Shown here: one piece after another, positions 40,392 to 49,695 of the stretch | Position numbering within the stretch: the first letter of the stretch is position 1 | Layout of the letters: each line of letters starts with the position of its first letter | The notes under the pieces: model-generated | Databases searched by the model: none | Seen by the model: the letters and a program-made list of their open reading frames with translations, nothing else | What the model was told of the DNA's origin: nothing | Made by a program: the position numbers and the translations under genes | Origin: Myxococcota bacterium | Lineage (GTDB): Bacteria; Myxococcota_A; UBA9042; PHBI01; JAWLBL01 | NCBI GenBank assembly: GCA_041687695.1 | Contig: JAWLBL010000011.1 | Coordinates: 64,001-128,000, forward strand | Reading direction: 5' to 3' | DNA length: 64,000 bases

Positions 40392-41564
40392 ATGACGGCG
40401 ACCATCGAGCCCGTGCAGATTTCCTTGCTGACCGACAACGGCAGCCTGCCCGACCCCGAGGCGGTGCTGGCGCGCTTCGCCGATCACTACGCCGAGGCGC
40501 TGGTGCGGCACCGCGAGCTGGCGCAGCGGCTGGCGATCCAGGCGGCCGACGTGGACGCCGCGGCCGAGGCGCTCGAGGACGTGGCCGACTTCGAGTCGCT
40601 GATGGCCGACACGGCCGTGGCGCTGGACGTCGGCGAGCCCGAGGACACGCTCGACGGCGAGGTCGGCGTGGCGGCCGAGGCGCCGGAGGGCGCTGCGGCC
40701 GAGGGCTTCGAGGGCGAGGCCTTCGAGGCGGCCAGCTTCGAGGGCGAGGCCTTCGAGGCGGCCAGCTTCGAGGGCGAGGCCTTCGAGGCGGCCAGCTTCG
40801 AGGGCGAGGCCTTCGAGGCGGCCAGCTTCGACGCGGCCAGCTTCGACGCGGCGCCGATCGTGGAGGTCGCCGAGACGGGCGAGCTGGACATGCCGGCGCT
40901 CTTCGACACGAACGGCGGCGAGGCGCCGATGGACTGGGACGCGCTGCAGGCGGCCCCGGTCCCCGAGGTGCAGGCCTTCGAGGGCTTCGAGGGTCTCGAG
41001 GCCGAGCCGGTGGAGGCCGCCGAGGCGGAGCCGGTGGGAGCCGTCGAGGCGGAGGCCGTCGCCTACGCCGCGCCGGACGAGGCCGCGTCGAGCGACTACG
41101 GCTTCGCCGAGCTCGAGGCGCAGGAGGCGACCCCGGTGCCGTTCGCGGCGCCGCCGGCGGTCGAGGCCGAGGAGATCGGCTTCGACGAGGCCTTCGAGGC
41201 GACGCCCGTGCCGGCGTCGGCGCTGGACGGGGACGAGGCGCCCCCGTTCGATCTGGCGGCCGCCGAGGTGACGCCGGTGCCGGTGGCGGCGACGCCGGAC
41301 GACGCGACGGCGATGTTCGACATCGCCGACCTGCCGGACGAGCTGGTGGAGGAGGCCGTCGCCGGGGACGCCGACGTCCAGGAGGCGACGACGATGTTCA
41401 GCATCGACGACCTGCCCGACGACGACGAGCTCGACGGCGAGGTGCTCGAGCTCGGCGCCGACGACGAGGTCGGCGACGAGGGGGCGGCCGAGGCGGCCCC
41501 CGAGCCGGCGGCGGAGGGCGCCCCGCGCTCCGGCCGCAAGGGCCGCAAGAAGAAGAAGAAGTAG
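40392..41564 (+). CDS. Highly acidic low-complexity protein with poly-Lys tail
   Basis: AGGAGG RBS; Asp/Glu/Ala-rich; ends RKGRKKKKK. Confidence 0.75.
   Translation: MTATIEPVQISLLTDNGSLPDPEAVLARFADHYAEALVRHRELAQRLAIQAADVDAAAEALEDVADFESLMADTAVALDVGEPEDTLDGEVGVAAEAPEGAAAEGFEGEAFEAASFEGEAFEAASFEGEAFEAASFEGEAFEAASFDAASFDAAPIVEVAETGELDMPALFDTNGGEAPMDWDALQAAPVPEVQAFEGFEGLEAEPVEAAEAEPVGAVEAEAVAYAAPDEAASSDYGFAELEAQEATPVPFAAPPAVEAEEIGFDEAFEATPVPASALDGDEAPPFDLAAAEVTPVPVAATPDDATAMFDIADLPDELVEEAVAGDADVQEATTMFSIDDLPDDDELDGEVLELGADDEVGDEGAAEAAPEPAAEGAPRSGRKGRKKKKK
40705..40853 (+). repeat. 30-bp coding tandem repeat x4 (FEGEAFEAAS) plus two 15-bp units
   Basis: GCTTCGAGGGCGAGGCCTTCGAGGCGGCCA x4. Confidence 0.9.
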
Positions 41565-41581
41565 GCGGAGCCCGCTCACGC

Positions 41582-42964
41582 ATGAGCAGCCACGAGGGGT
41601 CAGGCGACTTCACTCCGGTCCGCACGTTCGCGCAGCTCGCCGAGGCCCACGCCAGGGGCGAGCGCGCGCGTGACGGCTGGCTGGTCGGCGCCGAGTACGA
41701 GAAGTTCGGGTTCGTCGGCGGCGAGCCGCTGCGCTACCGATCGCGGCGGGGCCGGCCGGGCATCGAGACGCTGTTCGCGGCGCTCGAGGAGCGCGGCTGG
41801 GAGGCGCTGCGCGATCGCGACGTGGTCGTCGGGATGCGGCGGGGCAAGGCCTCCATCGCGCTCGAGCCGGGCGGGCAGGTCGAGCTGAGCGGGTCGCCGC
41901 TGCCGACGGTGCACGAGGTGGTCGCCGAGATGACGGCCTACGAGGCCGACCTCGAGGCGGTGCGCTCGGACGTCCCGGTGCGCTGGGTGTGGGCCGGCGC
42001 GCAGCCGGTGCACGCGAACGAGGCCCTCGACTTCATGCCCAAGCGCCGCTACGCGTTCATGCGGCGCTACCTGCCGACGCGCGGCCGGCTGGCCCTGACG
42101 ATGATGCAGGCGACCAGCACGGTGCAGGCCAACTTCGACTACGACGGCGAGCGCGACATGGGGCGCAAGCTGCGTGTCGGCATGGGGCTGTCGTCCATCG
42201 TCAACGCGATGTTCGCCAACTCGCCCCTGCGCGACGGCAAGCCCAGCGGGTTCCGCTCGTTCCGGGCGATGGTCTGGGAGGAGACCGATCCCGACCGGTG
42301 CGGCCTGCTGCCGTGGGTGTTCGACGGCGAGGCGCCGACCTACGAGCGCTACGCCGAGTGGGCCGCGCGCGTGCCGATGTTCTTCATCCTGCGGGGCGGC
42401 GAGCTGGTCGAGCCGGGCGGGATGACCTTCTGCGACTTCATGAAGGGCGGCCTCGAGGGCCAGGAGCCGACGCTCGAGGACTGGAGCCTGCACCTGTCGA
42501 CGCTGTTCCCCGAGGTGCGGCTGAAGACCTACCTCGAGGTGCGCAGCGCCGACTGCGTGCCGCCGCGGCTGCTCCCGGCGCTGCCGGCCTTGTGGAAGGG
42601 CGTGCTGTACGACGACGTGGCGCTGGACGCGGCCTGGGACCTGGTCCGCAAGTGGACCTTCGGGCAGCGCGTCGACCACCGCCGCGCGGCCGCCAAGCAC
42701 GCGCTCGCCGCCGACACCCCGCAGGGCTACGCCACGCGCGAGCTGGCGCGCGAGCTCATCGCCATCGCCCGCTTCGGGCTCGAGCGGCAGGCCAAGCTCC
42801 GCGGCCACGAGCCCGAGGGCGCCTTCCTCGACCCGCTCGAGCGCCTGGTCGACGCCGGCGAGACCCTGGCCGACCGGACGCTGGCCTGGTGGAACGCGGA
42901 CGAGCGCTCGCCCGCCGACATCCTGCGGCACTACGACCGCGACTGGCTCGAGGTCTGGGGCTGA
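41582..42964 (+). CDS. gshA: Glutamate-cysteine ligase (plant/alphaproteobacterial type)
   Basis: GAEYEKFG, LEPGGQVELSG, MPKRRY, QANFDY, HLSTLFPEVRLKTYLEVRSAD. Confidence 0.9.
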   Translation: MSSHEGSGDFTPVRTFAQLAEAHARGERARDGWLVGAEYEKFGFVGGEPLRYRSRRGRPGIETLFAALEERGWEALRDRDVVVGMRRGKASIALEPGGQVELSGSPLPTVHEVVAEMTAYEADLEAVRSDVPVRWVWAGAQPVHANEALDFMPKRRYAFMRRYLPTRGRLALTMMQATSTVQANFDYDGERDMGRKLRVGMGLSSIVNAMFANSPLRDGKPSGFRSFRAMVWEETDPDRCGLLPWVFDGEAPTYERYAEWAARVPMFFILRGGELVEPGGMTFCDFMKGGLEGQEPTLEDWSLHLSTLFPEVRLKTYLEVRSADCVPPRLLPALPALWKGVLYDDVALDAAWDLVRKWTFGQRVDHRRAAAKHALAADTPQGYATRELARELIAIARFGLERQAKLRGHEPEGAFLDPLERLVDAGETLADRTLAWWNADERSPADILRHYDRDWLEVWG

Positions 42965-42992
42965 GCGGGGCCGCGGCCGCGCGGCGCCCGGG

Positions 42993-44645
42993 TCAGTCGA
43001 ACCGGCTCGAGACGGCCGCGCCCGCGCCACGCGCCGTGACGTAGTCCGAGCGGAAGACCGAGTAGTCGATCTCCTGGAAGGCGGCGTTCTTCCACTCGAG
43101 CTCGCCCAGCCAGCCCTCTTCGATGCGTCCCTCGGTCACCTGCAGGTACAGGCCGTTGAAGTTGTGGACGTGGTCGCGCGTGCGCTTGATGGCGTAGGGC
43201 ACCGTCGTCTTCATCGTCATGATGAAGGCCCAGTCGCTGGCCTGGGCGAGCAGCAGCTCGCGGGCCGCCTGGTTCAGCGCCCGCCGCTCGAGGTCCGTCG
43301 GGTTCGAGTAGCGCATCGCCAGCTCGGCCATGCGCTCCTCGGCGCGGTGCAGGTGCTTGTAGATCCAGGCGTTGTCGCCGTTGAGCCACACGCCGTAGAA
43401 GCCCTTGTCGCCCCAGGAGCTGGCGGCGGGCGTGCAGATCTGGGCCGTCGGGTTGTCGGCCAGCCACTGCCGCGGCGTCGTCAGGCGCAGCTCCTGCTGG
43501 TCGAAGGCGGCCTTGCGGAAGAACATCTCGAGGAAGGTCGGCCCCTCGAACCACCAGTGGCCGAACAGCTCGGCGTCATAGGGCGCCACCAGGTGCGGGT
43601 GCACCCCCAGCTGCCCATTGAGGTGCCGCAGCTGCGCCTGCCGGTTGAACAGGAAGTTGCCGGCGTGCTCGGCGGCCTTGCTCGCCGCGGCCGACGGGAA
43701 GTAGGGCTGCTTGTCCTGCAGATCCACCTTGCCGGTGATGCGGTGGTACTTCAGGCCCACGTTGCGGCGGACGCCGTCGTGGATGATGGGCCGCACGTCC
43801 TCCTCGGGGGCCTCCCAGCCGGCGTCGCGGTAGAACTCGCGGTAGTCGGCGTCGCCCGGGTAGCCCTCGTCGGCCGACCAGACCTGCTTGGAGCACTCGG
43901 GGTCGCGCCCGAAGGCGGCGACGCCGCTCTCGCAGAAGACCGGGCGGTAGTGGCCGAACTTGGGGCGCGGCGTGGCGAAGGTCAGGCCGTGGGTCTCGGT
44001 GAAGAAGAAGCGGATGCCCGCCTCGGCCAGCACGCGGTCCAGGCCCGGCGCGTAGGCGCACTCGGGCAGCCAGATGCCGTCGGGGTCGCGGTCGAAGTGC
44101 TTGCGGTAGTTGGCGCGCGCGACCTGGACCTGCGCCCGCCGCCCCTCGTCGGTCGCCATCAGCGGCAGGTAGCCGTGGGTCGCCCCGCAGGTCACGATGC
44201 ACAGGCGCCCCTCGTCCTGGTGGCGCTTGAAGCCCTTCAGGACGTTGCGGCCGTAGCGCCCCTCCCAGATCTCGCGCACCTCCTCGAGCTCGCGCACGTA
44301 GAAGTCGGCCGCCTCGGCGAACGGCGTGCCGCGCCGGCGGTCGGCCTCCTTGGCCGCCAGCTCGAGCAGATCCTGCAGCCGCTTGCCGTAGCGCTGCTGC
44401 AACAGCGGGTCGGCCAGCATCTCGGCCAGGGGGGGCGTAATCGACATCGTCAGCGCGAACGGGACGCCATCGGCCTCGAGGCGGTCCATCATCCGCAAGA
44501 GCGGGACGTAGGTCTCGGTGATGGCCTCGTAGAGCCAGTCCTCCTCGAGGAAGGACTCGTACTCCGGGTGGCGCACGTAGGGCAGGTGCGCGTGGAGCAC
44601 GAGCGAAAGCGACCCGACGGGTGCTTGCAGGCTAGGCATCTTCAA
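42993..44645 (-). CDS. GH57 1,4-alpha-glucan branching enzyme (DUF1957)
   Basis: HAHLPYV, EAITETY, GIWLPECAY, PYDAELFGHWWFEG, LAQASDWAF. Confidence 0.93.
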   Translation of the reverse strand: MKMPSLQAPVGSLSLVLHAHLPYVRHPEYESFLEEDWLYEAITETYVPLLRMMDRLEADGVPFALTMSITPPLAEMLADPLLQQRYGKRLQDLLELAAKEADRRRGTPFAEAADFYVRELEEVREIWEGRYGRNVLKGFKRHQDEGRLCIVTCGATHGYLPLMATDEGRRAQVQVARANYRKHFDRDPDGIWLPECAYAPGLDRVLAEAGIRFFFTETHGLTFATPRPKFGHYRPVFCESGVAAFGRDPECSKQVWSADEGYPGDADYREFYRDAGWEAPEEDVRPIIHDGVRRNVGLKYHRITGKVDLQDKQPYFPSAAASKAAEHAGNFLFNRQAQLRHLNGQLGVHPHLVAPYDAELFGHWWFEGPTFLEMFFRKAAFDQQELRLTTPRQWLADNPTAQICTPAASSWGDKGFYGVWLNGDNAWIYKHLHRAEERMAELAMRYSNPTDLERRALNQAARELLLAQASDWAFIMTMKTTVPYAIKRTRDHVHNFNGLYLQVTEGRIEEGWLGELEWKNAAFQEIDYSVFRSDYVTARGAGAAVSSRFD

Positions 44646-44726
44646 TACCCCCCTTCCGAGGTGGGCGACGGCGGTAGGCGAAGGAAGCGGCGAATGCGGC
44701 GCGAGCGCGGGAGCGTGCGAGGGGGC

Positions 44727-45251
44727 TCAGCGGCCGCTGGTCGTGTAGAGCCACGGCGGGACGCCGTCGAGGGGCCAGGCGGCGGTGCCCTCGATGCCCT
44801 GGGCCGGCGCCAGGTGTCCCTCGCGGTCCAGCGAGCCCCAGGCCTCGTCGGTGGCGTCGCTGGGCCGGTTGCGCGGCATCGTGAAGCCCAGCTCGGCGAC
44901 GAAGTGGCGCCCGTCGCCGGTCAGCGCCTCGAGCAGCAGGCGCCCCTCGGTCCCGGGCGGCAGCTCGAGCCAGGCGTCGGAGCAGTCGCCGGGGACCTCG
45001 ACGCAGCGCACGATGTCGCCGTGGGGCGTCAGCGCCGTCACCGCGAACTTGTGCGGCCTCCAGCCGTCCAGCTCCCAGTAGACGAACAGGCGCTCGGGGT
45101 CTCGGATCATCAGCCGCACGCGACGGCCGGGGTACCCCTCGGGCAGGGGCTTGCCGTAGTCGATGAACGGGGCGTTGGCCTCGGCGTCGGCCGTGTCGGC
45201 CCCCAGCGGCGGGTGGCCGTGGTCGCGCTTGGAGAAGAGGTCGCTGGACAT
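44727..45251 (-). CDS. DUF4912-domain protein
   Basis: LPEGYP...LMIRDPERLFVYWE; commonly found upstream of GH57. Confidence 0.75.
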   Translation of the reverse strand: MSSDLFSKRDHGHPPLGADTADAEANAPFIDYGKPLPEGYPGRRVRLMIRDPERLFVYWELDGWRPHKFAVTALTPHGDIVRCVEVPGDCSDAWLELPPGTEGRLLLEALTGDGRHFVAELGFTMPRNRPSDATDEAWGSLDREGHLAPAQGIEGTAAWPLDGVPPWLYTTSGR

Positions 45252-45282
45252 CGCGAGGGCTCCCGGGAAGCTGACCGGTGGG

Positions 45283-45936
45283 CTACTTCACTTCGGACAG
45301 GATCGTGCAGCTGCTCTGGGTTGCGAGCGTCTGGTTGAGCCACTGAGTCACGTTCGTGCCCGTCCCGCAGGAATCATAAACACCGCTGTAGGCGGCGCAG
45401 TCGTCGAGGGTCACGCACCCACGCTGACAAATCCAAGTGAGGGTGAGGTTGTAGCTTGCGAACGCCGAATTATTTAGGTTCAGGCACTGATTATCGAGGC
45501 CGTTGGCCCCCTTCCCGCAGTCCCCATCGCATTCGCGGGTGCAGAAGCGGAAGTCACCCAGGTAGGCCTCGTCGTAGCAGTACCCCGTCTCGCACTCGCA
45601 GTGACGCCCGCAGGCCGCGCCGATGGGCTTGGTGGCCTCGAAGGCGGGCTCGCACACCCACTCGGGGTCGGGCGCCGTATCGACGGCCACGTCCTTGGGC
45701 GGCTGCGAGGTGTCCTTGGGCGGCTGCGAGGTGTCCTTGGGCGGCTGCGACGTGTCCTGCGGCGGGGCCGCGTCCGTCGTGCCGGTCGAGGTGTCCTCGA
45801 TGGGGTCGATGATGCAGCGGTTGCCCTCGATGCGGCCCTCGCAGACCACCTCGTTGACGCCGCCGCAGGCGACCAGGGCGGGCATCGTCCAGGCCACGGC
45901 TCCCAGAGCCGCGAGTCCAACCAGCGCGCGCGTCAT
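45283..45936 (-). CDS. Cys-rich lipoprotein with PPKDTSQ repeats
   Basis: ATG after GGAGG, lipobox LVAC, ~3 x 21-bp repeat at about 45695-45765, Cys-rich C-terminal domain. Confidence 0.75.
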   Translation of the reverse strand: MTRALVGLAALGAVAWTMPALVACGGVNEVVCEGRIEGNRCIIDPIEDTSTGTTDAAPPQDTSQPPKDTSQPPKDTSQPPKDVAVDTAPDPEWVCEPAFEATKPIGAACGRHCECETGYCYDEAYLGDFRFCTRECDGDCGKGANGLDNQCLNLNNSAFASYNLTLTWICQRGCVTLDDCAAYSGVYDSCGTGTNVTQWLNQTLATQSSCTILSEVK

Positions 45937-46010
45937 CCCACCCTCCGCGGGTCCGGGGGCCGCCGGCGCGCGCCCGGGGTGGACGCGCGCCGCGCGGACC
46001 ATGGCCCGCC

Positions 46011-46985
46011 TTATAGCAGATCGGCGACGGCGCTGCGCTCCTCGAGGAGCTCGTCCAGCGAGCGCTTCATGCGCGCCCGGGTGGCGTCCGACACGTTCAG
46101 GTCGCGGACGATCTCGTACTGCCAGCGGCCGGTGATGCGGACCGGGAAGCTGTAGATGAGGCCCTCGGGGATGTCGTAGCTGCCGTCCGAGGGGACGGCC
46201 ATCGAGACGATCTGGTCGGTGCCGAGGAACCAGTCGCGGATGTGGTCGATGGCGGCCGAGGCGGCCGAGGCGGCCGAGGACTTGCCGCGGGCGTTGATGA
46301 CGGCCTTGCCGCGGGTGCGCACGGTCGTGTCGAACTCGCCGGCGAGCCAGGCGGCGTCGAGGGCGTCGGCCGCCGACTTGCCGCCGACGGTGCCGACGCT
46401 GACGTCGGGGACCATCGTGTCGGAGTGGTTGCCCCAGATGAAGACGTCGCGGACGTCGCCGGGGGTCACGCCCAGCTTCTTGGCGATCTGGCCCACGGCG
46501 CGGTTCTGATCGAGCCGGGTCATCGCCGTGAAGTTGCGGGCGGGGACGCGCTTGGCCTGGGCCTTGGCGATGAGGCAGTTGGTGTTGCAGGGGTTGCCGA
46601 CGACGATGACCTTGGCGTCCTCGGCGGCGGCCTGGTCGATGGCCTGGCCCTGGCCGGTGAAGATGGGGCCGTTGTCGCGGATGAGGTCGGCGCGGTCCAT
46701 GCCGGGGCCGCGCGGCTTGGAGCCGACGAGCATGACGATGTCGGCGTCCTTGAAGGCCCGCTTCGGGTCGTCGGCGATCTCGAGCCCGTGCAGGGTCGGG
46801 AAGGCGCAGTCGGTCAGCTCCATCGCGACGCCCTCGAGGGCTTGCATGGCGACGGGCAGCTCGAGCAGCTGAAGGATCACGGGCTGGTCGGGACCGAGCA
46901 TGTCGCCGGCGGCGATGCGGTCGACGAGGCTGTAACCGATCTGGCCGGCTGCGCCGGTCACGGCGACGCGGAGGGGCTTGGTCAT
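46011..46985 (-). CDS. mdh: Malate dehydrogenase
   Basis: [45 protein letters not shown]. Confidence 0.96.
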   Translation of the reverse strand: MTKPLRVAVTGAAGQIGYSLVDRIAAGDMLGPDQPVILQLLELPVAMQALEGVAMELTDCAFPTLHGLEIADDPKRAFKDADIVMLVGSKPRGPGMDRADLIRDNGPIFTGQGQAIDQAAAEDAKVIVVGNPCNTNCLIAKAQAKRVPARNFTAMTRLDQNRAVGQIAKKLGVTPGDVRDVFIWGNHSDTMVPDVSVGTVGGKSAADALDAAWLAGEFDTTVRTRGKAVINARGKSSAASAASAAIDHIRDWFLGTDQIVSMAVPSDGSYDIPEGLIYSFPVRITGRWQYEIVRDLNVSDATRARMKRSLDELLEERSAVADLL

Positions 46986-47152
46986 CTCGCGGCTCCCAGA
47001 GGGCTGTGAAACCAGTGGTGGATGGGGGTTCCCGGAATGGACGCCGACCTAGCACATCGCCTGGGGAGCGTCCACGGTCGAGGAGGTGACGGCCTGACAC
47101 GGGGGCCTGCGGCCTGCTATGCTGCCGCCCGGCTCGAGGGGGACGAGGCGCG

Positions 47153-49573
47153 ATGGCCCACGACGACACCACCCAGATCCTGCCGGCCGGCGCGCCGGCG
47201 GCGCACGCGAGCACGACGCCCGCCCTGCACGGACCCGACGCCTCGCGCGCCTTCGCGGTGACGACGCCGGTGGGCCTCGGGACCAGCGAGGCCCTGGCCC
47301 TGGCCGGACGCTACCGCCTGGCCGGCCTGCTGGGCTCGGGCGGGATGGGGACCGTCTACCGCGTCCGCGACCTCGAGCTCGACGAGGACGTGGCCCTCAA
47401 GGTGCTCCACCGCGAGATCCTGGCCGCCCCCGACGTGCTGGCGCGCTTTCGGCAAGAGGTCAAGCTGGCCCGCCGCGTCACCCACCAGAACGTCGCGCGC
47501 GTCTTCGACATCGGCGAGCACGAGGGCCTCAAGTTCCTGACCATGGAGCTCGTCGAGGGCGAGTCGCTCGCCGCCCGCATCGCCGCGCGCGGCCCGCTGC
47601 CGGTGGCCGAGGTGCTGCGCCTCGCTCGCGGCCTGTGCGACGGCCTCGCCGCCGCCCACGCCGCCGACGTCGTCCACCGGGATCTCAAGCCCGAGAACGT
47701 CCTCATCACCCCCGACGGCCGCCCGGTCATCACCGACTTCGGGGTCGCCCGCTCGCTCGAGGCCGGCGCCGCCCGCACCCTGGGCCGCCCCATCGGCACC
47801 CCGGCCTACATGGCGCCCGAGCAGGTCGAGGGCGCCAAGGACCTCGACGGCCGCGCCGACCTCTACGCCCTCGGCGCGCTGCTCTACGAGGCCCTGACCG
47901 GCCGCCCCGCCTGGCCGGGCGACTCCATCTTCGCCGTCGCCGCCGCCCGCCTCACCCAGCCGCCGCCCAACGTCCGCGACGCGCGCCCCGAGGTCCCCGA
48001 GCCCGTCGCCGCCGTCGTGCTGCGCTGCATGGCCCGCCACCGCGAGGAGCGCTTCCTCACCGCCGGCGCCGTCGCCGTCGCCCTCGCCGCCGCCTCGGCC
48101 GTCCAGGGCGCCCGCGAGACGCAGCCCTACCTCTCCCCGCTGGGCCTCGACCGCCCCGCGCCGGCCCCGCCCCCCGCCGAGAAGTCGGTCGCCGTCCTGC
48201 CGTTCCGCAACGCCGGCGCCCCCGACGACGCCTACATCGCCGACGGCCTGACCGAGGACCTCATCGACAGCCTCTCGATGGTGAGCGGCCTCAAGGTCCG
48301 CTCCCGCGGCGCCGTCACCGCCTTCGCGGCCGCCCTCGACGCGCGCGAGGCCGGCCGCCGCCTCGACGTCCAGGTGGTCGTCGAGGGCTCGGTCCGCCGC
48401 CTCGGCGACAAGCTCCGCGTCAACGCGCGCCTCGTCAGCGTCGCCGACGGCTTCCAGCTGTGGGCCAAGCGCTTCGACAGCCGCGTCCACGACATGCTCG
48501 ACGTCAACGACGAGGCGGCCGAGGCCATCGCCGCCGCCCTGACGGCCGACCGCCAGGGGCCCGCCCGCAAGGCCCCCACCGACCCGGAGGCCTTCGACAT
48601 CTACCTGCGCGCCCGCGCCCTGATGCGCAACCACTGGCTGACCAACTACGCCGAGGCCATCGCCCTGCTCGAGCAGGCCCTCGCGCGCGCCCCCGAGGAC
48701 GCCGCCATCCTGTCGGCCTACGCCCTGGCCCGCGCGCGGGGCGCCTTCCTGGGCGGCGCCGAGGGCGCCCACGGCCTGCAGCTCGCCCGTCAGGCCGCCG
48801 AGCGCGCCGTCGAGCGCGGCCCCGAGCTGGGCGACCCCTGGGTGGCCCTGGCCAACGTGCGCTTCAACGTCGGCGACCCGGCCGGCGCCGTCCGCGCCCT
48901 CGTGCGCGCCGTGCACAACGCGCCCAGCCTCGCCGACGCCCAGGATCTGCTCGGGCGCATCTTCGTCGAGGTCGATCTGCTCGACGAGGGCATCGCGCGC
49001 CTCGAGCGCACCGAGTGGCTCGAGCCGGGGCGCCGCCTGACCCGCAGCGACCTCATCCGCGCCCACGCCCTGCGCGGCGACTGGGACCGGGTCGCCGCGC
49101 TCATCCCGGAGCTCGGGCCCGAGGCCGGCGAGTGGCGGCTCGTCCAGCGCCGCCTGTCCATCTGGCGCGGCCAGCGCGACCTCGAGCCCCTCGAGCTGCC
49201 GGCCCACGTCGACCCGCTCGTCCACCAGTTCGGCCACGTGCTCAACGAGGCCATCACCAGCGGCGCGCTCTCGGCGGCCTCGCGCGAGCGGTTCACGGCC
49301 CTCATCGAGGCGGCCGACCCGCACTCGCGCGCGCGGCGCCTGTTCCAGCAGATCCGCACCGAGCTGCTGGTCTACGTCGGCGACACCGAGGCCGGCGCCC
49401 TGGCCTTCGAGGCCGCCGTCCGCGAGGGCCTGCTGGACCTGGCCTGGACCGACCGCTGCCCGCTGCTCGCCCCGCTGCGCGCGATGCCGCGCTTTGCCCC
49501 GCTGCGTGATCTGGTCGCCCAGCGCGCCGCGGCCGTGGTCGACGCCTGGCAGACTTCGCTGGCCCTCGCCTAG
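47153..49573 (+). CDS. Hanks-type Ser/Thr kinase with TolB-like and TPR regions
   Basis: LGSGGMGTV, VALKV, HRDLKPEN, DFG, GTPAYMAPE; SVAVLPF...DGLTEDLI. Confidence 0.92.
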   Translation: MAHDDTTQILPAGAPAAHASTTPALHGPDASRAFAVTTPVGLGTSEALALAGRYRLAGLLGSGGMGTVYRVRDLELDEDVALKVLHREILAAPDVLARFRQEVKLARRVTHQNVARVFDIGEHEGLKFLTMELVEGESLAARIAARGPLPVAEVLRLARGLCDGLAAAHAADVVHRDLKPENVLITPDGRPVITDFGVARSLEAGAARTLGRPIGTPAYMAPEQVEGAKDLDGRADLYALGALLYEALTGRPAWPGDSIFAVAAARLTQPPPNVRDARPEVPEPVAAVVLRCMARHREERFLTAGAVAVALAAASAVQGARETQPYLSPLGLDRPAPAPPPAEKSVAVLPFRNAGAPDDAYIADGLTEDLIDSLSMVSGLKVRSRGAVTAFAAALDAREAGRRLDVQVVVEGSVRRLGDKLRVNARLVSVADGFQLWAKRFDSRVHDMLDVNDEAAEAIAAALTADRQGPARKAPTDPEAFDIYLRARALMRNHWLTNYAEAIALLEQALARAPEDAAILSAYALARARGAFLGGAEGAHGLQLARQAAERAVERGPELGDPWVALANVRFNVGDPAGAVRALVRAVHNAPSLADAQDLLGRIFVEVDLLDEGIARLERTEWLEPGRRLTRSDLIRAHALRGDWDRVAALIPELGPEAGEWRLVQRRLSIWRGQRDLEPLELPAHVDPLVHQFGHVLNEAITSGALSAASRERFTALIEAADPHSRARRLFQQIRTELLVYVGDTEAGALAFEAAVREGLLDLAWTDRCPLLAPLRAMPRFAPLRDLVAQRAAAVVDAWQTSLALA

Positions 49574-49695
49574 ACGCTTTTCTTGTCATTCCAGGGGCTT
49601 GCCCGTAGGGTCGCCGCTCCCGGCGGCCCCGTAGCGCCCGCGTCCGACGCGCGCCCTCGGGGCCCCACACGCGCCCCTCCCCGCAGGAGTAGCCC

